From: Candidatus Saccharimonadota bacterium
GTDB taxonomy: Archaea > Nanobdellota > Nanobdellia > Pacearchaeales > GW2011-AR1
DNA: 32,000 nucleotides
Reading direction: 5' to 3'
Assembly: GCA_017609205.1 (NCBI GenBank)
Contig: JAFCEL010000001.1
Coordinates: 479,057-511,056 of the forward strand
Positions within the stretch are counted from its first letter, which is position 1; the number at the start of each line of letters is the position of its first letter. The notes below the pieces were generated by a model. That model was given only the letters and a program-made list of their open reading frames with translations, ran no database searches and had not been told where the DNA came from. A program made the translations under genes and the position numbers. Of this stretch, positions 1 to 7,543 are shown one piece after another.

Positions 1-81
1 AATTCTTTTGAATGTCCTATTCAAGATTATCTTGTTGCGATTTTGAGAGGGCGGCATTCTTGGCCTCTGAACTATCGGGGC
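1..81 (-). tRNA. tRNA-Glu(CUC), 5' exon plus start of intron; gene runs off the window edge
   Basis: The reverse complement of 44-81 reads GCCCCGATAGTTCAGAGGCCAAGAATGCCGCCCTCTCA. This gives the acceptor 5' strand, D-arm, anticodon stem CCGCC and loop CU-CUC-A. It differs at only 2 positions from the 5' exon of tRNA-Glu(UUC) at 23629. No GGCGG 3' stem strand occurs in the remaining 43 nt, so the intron continues past position 1. Confidence 0.75.
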
Positions 82-187
82 TGAATATGAGGTGATCTAT
101 TATTATTTGAATCTGAAGTAGATGAGATTCTTTAAGTGAACCATCTACTAAAGAAATCTACTCAAAATTATTTATAAATTTAACTTA

Positions 188-448
188 TCAAATCAAGAAA
201 ACTTTGTCATTGGGTCTAACTTTCTCAGGAACTTTTATTCCTATGTGGTCTCCTGCCTTTGCTTTTTTGACAGGTTTTCTTTCTATTTGTATTTCATTGA
301 CATCAACTTCAAAGTCAGTTGTATGTCCTTTTATTCTCACCCTATCACCTACACTAAGTTCGTCTGAAAGCTTTATTGCAGCCACACCCACATGACTAAA
401 GTAGCTGGAAACAACTCCAATCTGTTTCCCGGGTATTTTTTCTTCCAT
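188..448 (-). CDS. small EF-Tu domain-2-like beta-barrel protein (translation elongation factor-like protein)
   Basis: 86-aa ORF. The pattern GVAAIKLSDELSVGDRVRIKGHTTDFEVDVNEIQIERKPVKKAKAGDHIGIKV resembles the stand-alone GTP_EFTU_D2-like barrels found in archaea. Confidence 0.5.
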   Translation of the reverse strand: MEEKIPGKQIGVVSSYFSHVGVAAIKLSDELSVGDRVRIKGHTTDFEVDVNEIQIERKPVKKAKAGDHIGIKVPEKVRPNDKVFLI

Positions 449-487
449 TGAATTTAGTATGTTTTTAATGTATTTAAATTTTTTTAA

Positions 488-560
488 TAGCCTCGCCAGG
501 ATTCGAACCTGGGTCGCCGGAGCCAGAATCCGACATACTTGACCGCTGTACTACGAGGCT
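488..560 (-). tRNA. tRNA-Gln(CUG), no intron
   Basis: The reverse complement is AGCCTCGTAGTACAGCGGTCAAGTATGTCGGATTCTGGCTCCGGCGACCCAGGTTCGAATCCTGGCGAGGCTA. It folds as a cloverleaf with acceptor AGCCTCG/CGAGGCT, anticodon loop TT-CTG-GC and T-arm CCAGG-TTCGAAT-CCTGG. Confidence 0.9.
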
Positions 561-610
561 TTTTTTCAATTAATAGAAATCTTTTTATATATCTTTTTAT
601 TGAACTAATC

Positions 611-958
611 ATGGCAATAGGGGTGACAATACTTATTATTACATCACTTATAGCAGCGATATGGATAATTATTGAAATAAAGAGGTTAAAGCATAAACTC
701 TTTGCGATTTTTTTAATCTTCTTAGTTTTATTCGGTTATTTTAGTTTTGCGTTTGTTCTAAAAAATCAGGATTTGGATTTGAAAACTGTTCCCGGATTAA
801 TTAAAGCGGGTGAAATCTATTTTTCATGGCTTGGTTCTGTTTTGGGCAATATGAAATCTCTTACAAGTTATGCTATCAAACAGGATTGGGGTATTAATGA
901 GAGTGAAGTTTCTAGAATACATGAAGAAGAGATTAATGAATCAAAATTCTTAAAATGA
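611..958 (+). CDS. hypothetical small membrane protein
   Basis: The track ORF 539..958 overlaps tRNA-Gln. The internal ATG at 611 (MAIGVTILII...) removes the overlap. The protein has two predicted TM helices. It shares the motif YFxWLG..N.K..T with the next ORF. Confidence 0.5.
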   Translation: MAIGVTILIITSLIAAIWIIIEIKRLKHKLFAIFLIFLVLFGYFSFAFVLKNQDLDLKTVPGLIKAGEIYFSWLGSVLGNMKSLTSYAIKQDWGINESEVSRIHEEEINESKFLK

Positions 959-1146
959 AATTTATTCTTTGTTTGATGATGTTTCTTATTGCTGGAGCTT
1001 TGTTTATAATAAGCAATAATTCTCTTTATGTTTTTCAGGATAAAGGTGCAGATATCTTTTGTGAAAAATATTTTTATTGGCTTGGGAATCTTTTTTCAAA
1101 TTTGAAAACCATAACAGGACAGGTTGTTAATATGAAATGGTTTTAG
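955..1146 (+). CDS. hypothetical small membrane protein, paralog of the upstream gene
   Basis: 63-aa ORF whose start overlaps the upstream stop (ATGA). It has one TM helix. The motif YFYWLGNLFSNLKTIT matches YFSWLGSVLGNMKSLT in the upstream gene. Confidence 0.4.
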   Translation: MKFILCLMMFLIAGALFIISNNSLYVFQDKGADIFCEKYFYWLGNLFSNLKTITGQVVNMKWF

Positions 1147-1150
1147 ATAA

Positions 1151-1158
1151 TTTTAAAA
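1151..1158 (+). promoter_or_regulatory. TATA-like box (TTTTAAAA) for the gene at 1180
   Basis: The 12-mer AATTTTAAAAAC at 1149-1160 is identical to the one at 12009-12020. In both cases the 8-nt A/T box ends 21 nt before the ATG. Confidence 0.45.
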
Positions 1159-1179
1159 ACTAGGAACTTCTTTAAGTAT

Positions 1180-1443
1180 ATGAGTGTAAAAAGAAAGAGG
1201 AGAGTGAAAAAGAAAGTTAATACACCAAGTAGCAGTCTCTTTAAAAGGAAGAATATTTTAATGAACAAATTCTTTTTCTTTTTGATACTCTTTTCAATTT
1301 CGATTGTTCTTTATTATTCTACTGATATTGAGTTTTATAATAACCTTTTTTATATGGCTTCTTTGGTTTTTGGTTCTTTAAGTTTGGCTATTCTAATTGT
1401 CTTTTTGACTCTATTTTTTCTGAAATTAATGAAAGAGAAATAA
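1180..1443 (+). CDS. hypothetical membrane protein with a basic N-terminus
   Basis: 87-aa ORF. A Lys/Arg-rich N-terminus is followed by two hydrophobic helices. A TATA-like box sits at the standard distance upstream. Confidence 0.45.
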   Translation: MSVKRKRRVKKKVNTPSSSLFKRKNILMNKFFFFLILFSISIVLYYSTDIEFYNNLFYMASLVFGSLSLAILIVFLTLFFLKLMKEK

Positions 1444-1473
1444 TTTTAAGGGGTTTTTTATTTATTTTCTAAT

Positions 1474-1579
1474 GCCTCAGTAGCTCAGTGGTAGAGTATC
1501 ACCTTGGTAAATCTTGATGTCTTAGATTGTTCAAGATTCAAAAAGGTGGGGGTCCCGAGTTCAAATCTCGGCTGAGGCT
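1474..1579 (+). tRNA. tRNA-Thr(GGU) with a 34-nt intron at the canonical 37/38 position (about 1510-1543)
   Basis: Elements: GCCTCAG-TA-GCTC-AGTGGTA-GAGT-A-TCACC-TTGGTA, then the intron, then A-GGTGG-GGGTC-CCGAG-TTCAAAT-CTCGG-CTGAGGC-T. The intron carries an 8-bp inverted repeat, AATCTTGA...TCAAGATT. The mature length is 72 nt. Confidence 0.9.
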
Positions 1580-1600
1580 TTTAAGAAATTTAAGAAAATT

Positions 1601-3244
1601 TTAGTTCAGTTTATCAAAGATTTTTTCTATTGCAATCTCAAGCAATGCTACAGGAGTTCTTATCTTCCAATTTTTAAGAATTTTTGGGTGAACTTCTCCA
1701 AAGGAACCTATTGATTGGTCGTCGAGATATATTTCTGCTACTCTTCCTTCGATAAAATAACTCGGGAATTTATAGGGTTCTTTTATTTCAATATCTATAC
1801 CCAACATCTTAAAGAGATAGTCTACAATTTGTTTTAAATCTGTAAAATTCCCAGGAGTGATTGCTATTGAGAGATTTTCTTTTTCAGTTATGTCATCTTC
1901 ATTTAAACCAAATACTGTGCCTATTTCAAAAATTCTCTGAGGATATTCTGAATCTTTATTCTCTGAGAAGATTCTCAGTAGAATGTGTGCAAGATTTTTT
2001 CTTAGAATAGAATATTCTGTTTTTGATTCTTCTACTTCTATTAAATCCTTTTCTTGTTTTCCATTTAGGCCCATTTTCATCATACTCTCTTTTGTGGTTA
2101 AATGATAACTCGATGTTTCAATCATTCCAAGCCCAGTAAGAATTTCTGAAATCTTTCTTTTAATTATTTCTTCTTTTGATTCTTCTCCTATTGTTGCTAC
2201 ATTTGGGATTTCAGGGTCGAAATTCTCATACCCATATGCGATAGCGAGGTCCTCTATTAAATCAATTTCATGAAGAATATCTGTTCTCCAGGGAGGGATT
2301 TCGACTATTTCCTTCTTGTAATTATAACCCATTTTCTCGAGAAGTTTCCCTGCTTGTCTCGAAGTCAGTTCAATTCCAAGAATCTTTTTTGCATTTTCCA
2401 GAGAGAGCTTCATTTTTTCAGAGGTCATATCTGGCGTTCGCTCTTTTTTAGAATATTTTATATCCATCTGATAGATTTTTCCTCCCATATCTGCAAGAGT
2501 TGTTACGATAATATTTATGCATTTTTTTAATAGATTAAAATCAAATCCTGAACATTCAATAAAAACATCTTTGGTTTTTTCATTTATCTTTCCTGTTAAC
2601 TGTGAGTTTATTATTGGGGGCATACTCATTATTTGTTTTTTGTCGTCGATAAAGATGGGAAATTTTGTTTTTCCTGCTAGAAGATGGGCGTATTTTCTTC
2701 CAGTTGGATGTCTCTGGAGAATTTGAAATCCAGACATTTCTTTTTCAGATTCGAGAGGAACGAATTTTATTTTATCAGGCTCCATTGCTTTGTAGGTGAT
2801 TGGAAGTTTTATTTTTTCAAGAGGGTAGATTCCTATTCCGAATTTTTTTCTTTTTCTTCCGAGAGTAAGATGAAGTTTTTCTTGTATATCAATTATTTCT
2901 TTTATTTTCTCATCATCAAATTTTAATTTTCTGACAATTGCGCATGCAGTATAGGGACGGATATTTTTTACAGAAGAATCAATTATTATTTTGTAATCTT
3001 TTTCAGGAGGATTAATTTTGTATTTTTTCATACCTGTTTTTTTCCCTATAAACGATAGGAAGCTTCTTTTAAACCCTTGGTAAGAAAGAAGGTCGGGACG
3101 ATTTGGAAAAATCTCAAGTTCAATTTCTCTATCGTTGAACTCTTCTAAGGTAGTTCCGAACATTGCGATTTTATTCTGCATTCTCTCGTCGAGTTTTCCG
3201 ATTTCTTTTTCAAAAAGTTTTCGTGGAATTTTTATGTTTGCCAT
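1601..3244 (-). CDS. pheT: phenylalanine--tRNA ligase beta subunit, archaeal type
   Basis: 547 aa. The N-terminus MANIKIPRKLFEKEIGK...IELEIFPNRPDLLS, the B3/4 and B5 regions and the C-terminal core match archaeal PheT in length and order. It lies directly downstream of pheS. Confidence 0.9.
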   Translation of the reverse strand: MANIKIPRKLFEKEIGKLDERMQNKIAMFGTTLEEFNDREIELEIFPNRPDLLSYQGFKRSFLSFIGKKTGMKKYKINPPEKDYKIIIDSSVKNIRPYTACAIVRKLKFDDEKIKEIIDIQEKLHLTLGRKRKKFGIGIYPLEKIKLPITYKAMEPDKIKFVPLESEKEMSGFQILQRHPTGRKYAHLLAGKTKFPIFIDDKKQIMSMPPIINSQLTGKINEKTKDVFIECSGFDFNLLKKCINIIVTTLADMGGKIYQMDIKYSKKERTPDMTSEKMKLSLENAKKILGIELTSRQAGKLLEKMGYNYKKEIVEIPPWRTDILHEIDLIEDLAIAYGYENFDPEIPNVATIGEESKEEIIKRKISEILTGLGMIETSSYHLTTKESMMKMGLNGKQEKDLIEVEESKTEYSILRKNLAHILLRIFSENKDSEYPQRIFEIGTVFGLNEDDITEKENLSIAITPGNFTDLKQIVDYLFKMLGIDIEIKEPYKFPSYFIEGRVAEIYLDDQSIGSFGEVHPKILKNWKIRTPVALLEIAIEKIFDKLN

Positions 3245-3267
3245 TAAGACTCCTGTGGTTTGTTTTT

Positions 3268-4779
3268 TTATTTTATTAAAAATTTAATTTTTCTTAATTG
3301 AGTGAGGTCATTTTTATATAAATCTCTGATATCTTTTATATCAAATAATTTCATTAGCATTCTTCCAAATCCAGGTCCCCATGCAAGAACTGGTATTGAT
3401 TTTCCTAGTAAGGGTTCTGTAACTTCTGGACGAAACATTCCTGCTGCAAGATATTCTACCCATTCTTTTCTTTCTTCATCCCAGACATCACCTTCGACAC
3501 TTGGTTCTGTATAGGGAAAATAAGCAGGCCGGAATCTTATTTTTTCAAAGCCCATTTTCTTTGCAAATTGTTTTAGATAACCTAACAAATTTCTGAAATT
3601 AGCGTTTTCATCGACAACAATCCCGTCAGTTTGAAGAAGTTCGAATCCGTGGTTCCAATCAACTGTTTCATTCCTGAAATTTATTCCTATTGAGAAGAAC
3701 TTTGCAGGTAAGTCTTTGTCTTTTAATTTAGCGAGTGTTTGTGCAGATAGGCATGTAGTATGAGTTCTTAGGACGAGTTTTCTTGCTTCATCTTCGTTCC
3801 ACTTGTATCCCCATCCCTTACTTCCTCTTGTTCCTTGTTCATGCGCCTTTTTTACAGAATCAACTATTTTCTTATCAGGAAGTTTTCCTTTTTTGTTAAT
3901 AAAGAACGTATCGTGAATTTCTCTGACAGGGTGGTCTTGTGCTGTAAATAAAGCATCAAAATTCCAGAAAGAATTTTGAACAAGGGTTCCTGTCATTTCT
4001 TTAAAACCCATCTCAAGCCAGACTTTCCTTCCATAATCAATTGCTTGATTAACAAAATGCCTTTTACCGCCATAGATTGCAGGAACTTGTGAAGTTATAT
4101 CATATCTACGGAATTTTTTACCTCTCCATAATTTTTCATCTTTAAGAATCTCGGGTGTAATTTGCTCAAGTAGATTCATGTTTTTTAATTTTGATTCTAC
4201 TATTTTTCTGCCTATTTCTGTTAATTTTATCTCAGTAGTTTTTTTAGGTTTTATTTCTACGATGTTTTTTCTTTTTTGAAGATTTTTTAGTGCATACATC
4301 TGCTCAGATGTTAGTTCTTCATATTTTATGGGAAGAATCTCAAGTAGGATTTCTTCTAGCATCTTTTTTGAAATTTCTTCCTTGCTTGCGTTTAAAATAA
4401 GGTTTCCTCTTTTGAGTTCTACCATTGCTTTGTGTTTCAGAACTCCTATTGAAACCTTAAATTCATCGTTTGATAATCCACTTTCTTTTTTGGCCTTATC
4501 TAAGGAGACTATTCTTTTCTCGTTTAGAAGATTAAGAAGTCTCCTTTCTGGTAAACCCTTTTTCTTGTAGAGTGCTCCATTAACCCCGACATTTACTATA
4601 TTTTCTTTTTTTGAAATAAGTTCTATTATCTTTTTGTTTTTTAAATATTCAAGTGAGCGTTTGACAGATGTTTTATCGAGGTTTGTTTTTTTACATATAT
4701 TATTGACATCTTCTTCTAAATAGGGAATTATCTTTCTTTCATTAGGACTTAGAGATTCTATAATTCTTTTTATATCCAT
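3268..4779 (-). CDS. pheS: phenylalanine--tRNA ligase alpha subunit, archaeal/eukaryal type
   Basis: 503 aa. N-terminal winged-helix repeats are followed by a class II catalytic core (LRTHTT, FRNE, FRPAYFPYTEPS, GFGRM/ERL-like motif 3). Confidence 0.9.
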   Translation of the reverse strand: MDIKRIIESLSPNERKIIPYLEEDVNNICKKTNLDKTSVKRSLEYLKNKKIIELISKKENIVNVGVNGALYKKKGLPERRLLNLLNEKRIVSLDKAKKESGLSNDEFKVSIGVLKHKAMVELKRGNLILNASKEEISKKMLEEILLEILPIKYEELTSEQMYALKNLQKRKNIVEIKPKKTTEIKLTEIGRKIVESKLKNMNLLEQITPEILKDEKLWRGKKFRRYDITSQVPAIYGGKRHFVNQAIDYGRKVWLEMGFKEMTGTLVQNSFWNFDALFTAQDHPVREIHDTFFINKKGKLPDKKIVDSVKKAHEQGTRGSKGWGYKWNEDEARKLVLRTHTTCLSAQTLAKLKDKDLPAKFFSIGINFRNETVDWNHGFELLQTDGIVVDENANFRNLLGYLKQFAKKMGFEKIRFRPAYFPYTEPSVEGDVWDEERKEWVEYLAAGMFRPEVTEPLLGKSIPVLAWGPGFGRMLMKLFDIKDIRDLYKNDLTQLRKIKFLIK

Positions 4780-4800
4780 TTTAATTTTAAGAGACTTTAG

Positions 4801-5256
4801 TTAAAAAAGGTTTATGTTTTTTGTCATCCATGTAGGCATTCCGAGAATTAGACCGAGAGATTTTAAGTCATAGATATTTCTTTTGTTTTCTCCTACAAAA
4901 CTCATTTTTAGTTTGTTTTTATTACATATTTTTATGTTTTGTCTAATTCTTGCTAAGATTTCTGCTTTGGTTTTTCCCTGAGAGTTAATTATTTCATCGA
5001 GATTTATACCAATTCCAATGTTTCTCTTTTTTGCAATTTTTGCGAGGACAGAGTTAAATCCTGAATTTCTTTGCTTCTGAAAGTCTTTTCTTTTTTCCTG
5101 GTTTATAACAAGAATGTCTATGTTTAATTTTTCTAGAACTTTTCTGTTAACTTCATCATTATCTCCTGAGAAGATTATTTTCTTGTCTTTGTTATCATTT
5201 ACTTTTTTTCGGATTCTCTCAAAATTCTTTTCGTTAATAAATAATATATCTTTCAT
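4801..5256 (-). CDS. RNase P protein component 3 (Rpp30/Rnp3)-like, short form
   Basis: 151 aa. The segments NSVLAKIAKKRNIGIGINLDEI and MSFVGENKRNIYDLKSLGLILGM resemble the C-terminal half of the Rpp30 TIM barrel. The protein is shorter than the typical ~210 aa. The gene abuts pyrH. Confidence 0.45.
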   Translation of the reverse strand: MKDILFINEKNFERIRKKVNDNKDKKIIFSGDNDEVNRKVLEKLNIDILVINQEKRKDFQKQRNSGFNSVLAKIAKKRNIGIGINLDEIINSQGKTKAEILARIRQNIKICNKNKLKMSFVGENKRNIYDLKSLGLILGMPTWMTKNINLF

Positions 5257-5955
5257 CTATCCAGAAATGGTTGTTCCCTTAAATTTTTTTCCTTTTAGTA
5301 GATTATCAAAATTATTTATGTTTTTTCCAAGAATATATGTGGTTATTTTATTATTCATTATTATTTTTGATGCAGTATGATCAAGAATAAAATGCATTCC
5401 TGGTTTGAATTTTATTTTATTAATGATTTTATTGAATTCCTTCCAGGTTATATGGGGGATTAATTTTGCATTTTTATATCGGAGGGGATTCTTATTGAAA
5501 AGTCCGTCGACATTTGTTAGGTTGATGAGGTCTGTTTTGAATTCTTTTGCAATTTCTGCAGCAGTTGAATCTGAGGTCTGATGGGCTTTATATTCTAATG
5601 CTCCACAAAAGACAATATCCTGTTTTTTGAGATAAGTTTTTATTTCCTTTTTTTTATGGGGAATTCCTTCTTCTGGGTTCATGCTAAAAAGATAGGACAT
5701 AAATCTCGCGTTTGTTCGTGTTGCAGCAATTCCTGCTAAACTTTGTAGCTTGTGTTTTGCATTTAAAGAACTAAGCGCTGAGATATACTTTCTTGCAAGA
5801 CTTCCCCCGCCACATACTATTACAAATTTATAATTTTTCGTGTTTTTTATTACTACTCTTTTAAATTTTGATAAAAAATCAATTTGCACTTCATTAGGAA
5901 TTATTAGACTTCCTCCAAGAGAGACAACTACCACCTTCTTTTTCATATATTTCAA
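5257..5955 (-). CDS. pyrH: UMP kinase, archaeal type
   Basis: 232 aa of the amino-acid kinase fold. VVSLGGSLI, VIVCGGGSLARKYI, GIAATRTNA, TNVDGLFNKNP and the C-terminal KGTTISG are colinear with archaeal PyrH. Confidence 0.8.
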   Translation of the reverse strand: MKYMKKKVVVVSLGGSLIIPNEVQIDFLSKFKRVVIKNTKNYKFVIVCGGGSLARKYISALSSLNAKHKLQSLAGIAATRTNARFMSYLFSMNPEEGIPHKKKEIKTYLKKQDIVFCGALEYKAHQTSDSTAAEIAKEFKTDLINLTNVDGLFNKNPLRYKNAKLIPHITWKEFNKIINKIKFKPGMHFILDHTASKIIMNNKITTYILGKNINNFDNLLKGKKFKGTTISG

Positions 5956-6010
5956 AGAGGATTTGGTTTTTATATTTTGCCTGAGAAGTTATTGATTGAA
6001 TAAATCAGAA

Positions 6011-6292
6011 TTATTTGATTGTGAATAATTTATTATCTTTTACATTGAAAATATCAAGGCGAACGCCAGCATCTAACCATCCATGGGCATAGTTAAGTGC
6101 CGCAAAAGCATTTACAAAATCCTTTTTATCTTTGAAGTATTTTGCATCTGATAAATAATTCTCAACCATGTTAAAAATCTCTTTAGCATATTTTGATTTC
6201 TTTTTAATAACCGACTTCTTTGAAATATTAAGGGCTTTTTCTGTTATTGAAAAGTATTTTCTTAGTTTCTCAGAAGTTATCTTGTTATGCAT
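6011..6292 (-). CDS. DUF357-family protein
   Basis: 93 aa. The C-terminal motif FAALNYAHGWLDAGVRL is characteristic of the archaeal DUF357 helical family. Confidence 0.5.
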   Translation of the reverse strand: MHNKITSEKLRKYFSITEKALNISKKSVIKKKSKYAKEIFNMVENYLSDAKYFKDKKDFVNAFAALNYAHGWLDAGVRLDIFNVKDNKLFTIK

Positions 6293-6929
6293 TTTTAGAC
6301 ATTCTCGAGGGATTTCTTAATGGAGGATATCTCATTTTTTCTATTATAAATTTTGTGGGAATTACACTTGATATTATTGCTGAGAGAATAATCCTTCCTA
6401 TTGCGACGCGGTAGATCCCTTCATGAATTGGAATCTTTGATTTATTTGAGAATTCTTCTAATATTTCTTTTATTTCGTCTTCTCTTAATCTTATACTTGT
6501 TGGCTTAGTTCCCATAGCTCCCTTAACAATTATTCTCTCGTCTGGTCCTGGGCATTCTATAACCCTTACTGCATTATCTCTCATTAAAATATTAAGTTTT
6601 TTCAAATCAATTGAGGCTTCTGATGGGGTAGGTCTTATATATCTTAATCTTTCTGGGAGTTGAGGTTCTGGAATGTTTAAATCACCTTTTTGTATTGGTT
6701 TTTTCTTAAAAATTTGCTGAGGGATTATTCCTCTTGAAATAGGTCTTGTAAATTTTTTTCTTAAAATTACTTTGTTTTGGAGGGGAATATTTTGTTTAGG
6801 GATTATTTGACTTTGAGTTTCTTGATGTTTGATAGGATAATTCATTTTTTTTAAGTAATTCATTAAGATAGCTTCTGTAAATTTTAATAAGAAATATCTT
6901 TTAAACTCAGAAGATGCTTTTTGAAGCAT
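6285..6929 (-). CDS. hypothetical protein with a FlaI/PilB (T2SS-E) N-terminal-domain-like C-terminal half and no ATPase core
   Basis: 214 aa. NAVRVIECPGPDERIIVKGAMGTKPTSIRLREDEIKEILEEFSNKSKIPIHEGIYRVAIGRIILSAIISSVIPTKFIIEKM is colinear with the N-domain of archaeal secretion ATPases. That domain normally ends ...FTIRKF just before the Walker A motif, and no Walker A follows here. Confidence 0.4.
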   Translation of the reverse strand: MLQKASSEFKRYFLLKFTEAILMNYLKKMNYPIKHQETQSQIIPKQNIPLQNKVILRKKFTRPISRGIIPQQIFKKKPIQKGDLNIPEPQLPERLRYIRPTPSEASIDLKKLNILMRDNAVRVIECPGPDERIIVKGAMGTKPTSIRLREDEIKEILEEFSNKSKIPIHEGIYRVAIGRIILSAIISSVIPTKFIIEKMRYPPLRNPSRMSKNA

Positions 6930-6937
6930 TTTTCTTC

Positions 6938-7513
6938 TTAAACAGGCTTAAAATTTTGGGGTTTTGATGAGATAGATTTTTGATATTGTAAGTCTTCTCT
7001 TTGGGGGGGTTGGTTTGGGAAAGGGGGTCTTTGGGTTTCATATTGTTGTCTTGGTTGGGCCTGTTGTTGTCTAGGAGGTTCATGAAGTAATGAGATTCCT
7101 CTTGCGATTGTTCTGTTCTGTTCAAGGATATTATCAACTTTCTCTAGTAATCTTTTATCTGCAATCCCTCCTTGTGGTATGCCTCCTTTTTCTGCTAATG
7201 TTTTAGCAGATACTTCAAATAAGTTTAGTAATTCTGATATCTGATTTGACAAGACATCTAATTTTAGAACCATGTTCGTCATTACTTTTTGCAAACCCAC
7301 GAAATTCTCAACAAGAGTTTTCTCTATATTAAGTGATTTATTGGTTGTATTAGAGGATTTCTTAGGCAAGTTTTTTATTTCTGTTTTTTTATTTCCTGTT
7401 TGATTATTTGGTGTTTTATTTTTAAGGAGAGGATTTTCTTTTAGAGATTTTACAGTTTTCTTTTTTTGGGTTGTCTCTGCAATTCCCTCTTTTTTTATGA
7501 CTCGTTTAGGCAT
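6938..7513 (-). CDS. hypothetical coiled-coil protein with a Lys/Asn-rich N-terminus and a Pro/Gln-rich C-terminus
   Basis: 191-aa ORF. A TTTATAAA box lies 20 nt upstream of the ATG. The ends are low-complexity. The central heptad-like region is LQKVMTNMVLKLDVLSNQISELLNLFEV. Confidence 0.5.
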   Translation of the reverse strand: MPKRVIKKEGIAETTQKKKTVKSLKENPLLKNKTPNNQTGNKKTEIKNLPKKSSNTTNKSLNIEKTLVENFVGLQKVMTNMVLKLDVLSNQISELLNLFEVSAKTLAEKGGIPQGGIADKRLLEKVDNILEQNRTIARGISLLHEPPRQQQAQPRQQYETQRPPFPNQPPQREDLQYQKSISSKPQNFKPV

Positions 7514-7533
7514 AACTTATGAATGTTTGGATA

Positions 7534-7541
7534 TTTATAAA
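7534..7541 (-). promoter_or_regulatory. TATA box (TTTATAAA) for the minus-strand gene string beginning at 7513
   Basis: This palindromic 8-mer lies 20 nt from the ATG at 7513-7511. The same geometry recurs at several other genes in the window. Confidence 0.5.
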
Positions 7542-7543
7542 TT

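Noticed and set aside
128-178. A 7-bp inverted repeat, GTAGATG...CATCTAC, around 138-168, plus a TTTATAAA at 171-178, between the EF-Tu-D2-like gene and tRNA-Glu(CUC). Considered as a possible small RNA or terminator.
   Set aside because: The stem is short, with a long loop, in AT-rich intergenic DNA. It is equally explained as a 3' hairpin/T-tract of the upstream gene or as a chance match. No conserved RNA signature was recognised.
204-395. 63-aa plus-strand ORF antisense to 188..448.
   Set aside because: It lies entirely within the better-supported minus-strand barrel-protein gene. Its product is hydrophobic and low-complexity.
2270-2926. Three plus-strand ORFs (2270..2530, 2517..2726, 2684..2926) antisense to pheT. 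Similar antisense ORFs lie inside pheS, ppsA, trpS, elp3, the 22665 GTPase and others.
   Set aside because: They lie wholly inside strongly supported conserved genes on the opposite strand. Their products are low-complexity and Phe/Leu/Ser-rich, as expected from reading AT-rich coding DNA backwards. They have no family resemblance.
6907-7137. 76-aa minus-strand ORF overlapping the 3' part of 6938..7513 in another frame.
   Set aside because: It is an alternative frame of a P/Q/N-rich low-complexity region. The longer ORF has the TATA box and a coherent coiled-coil core.
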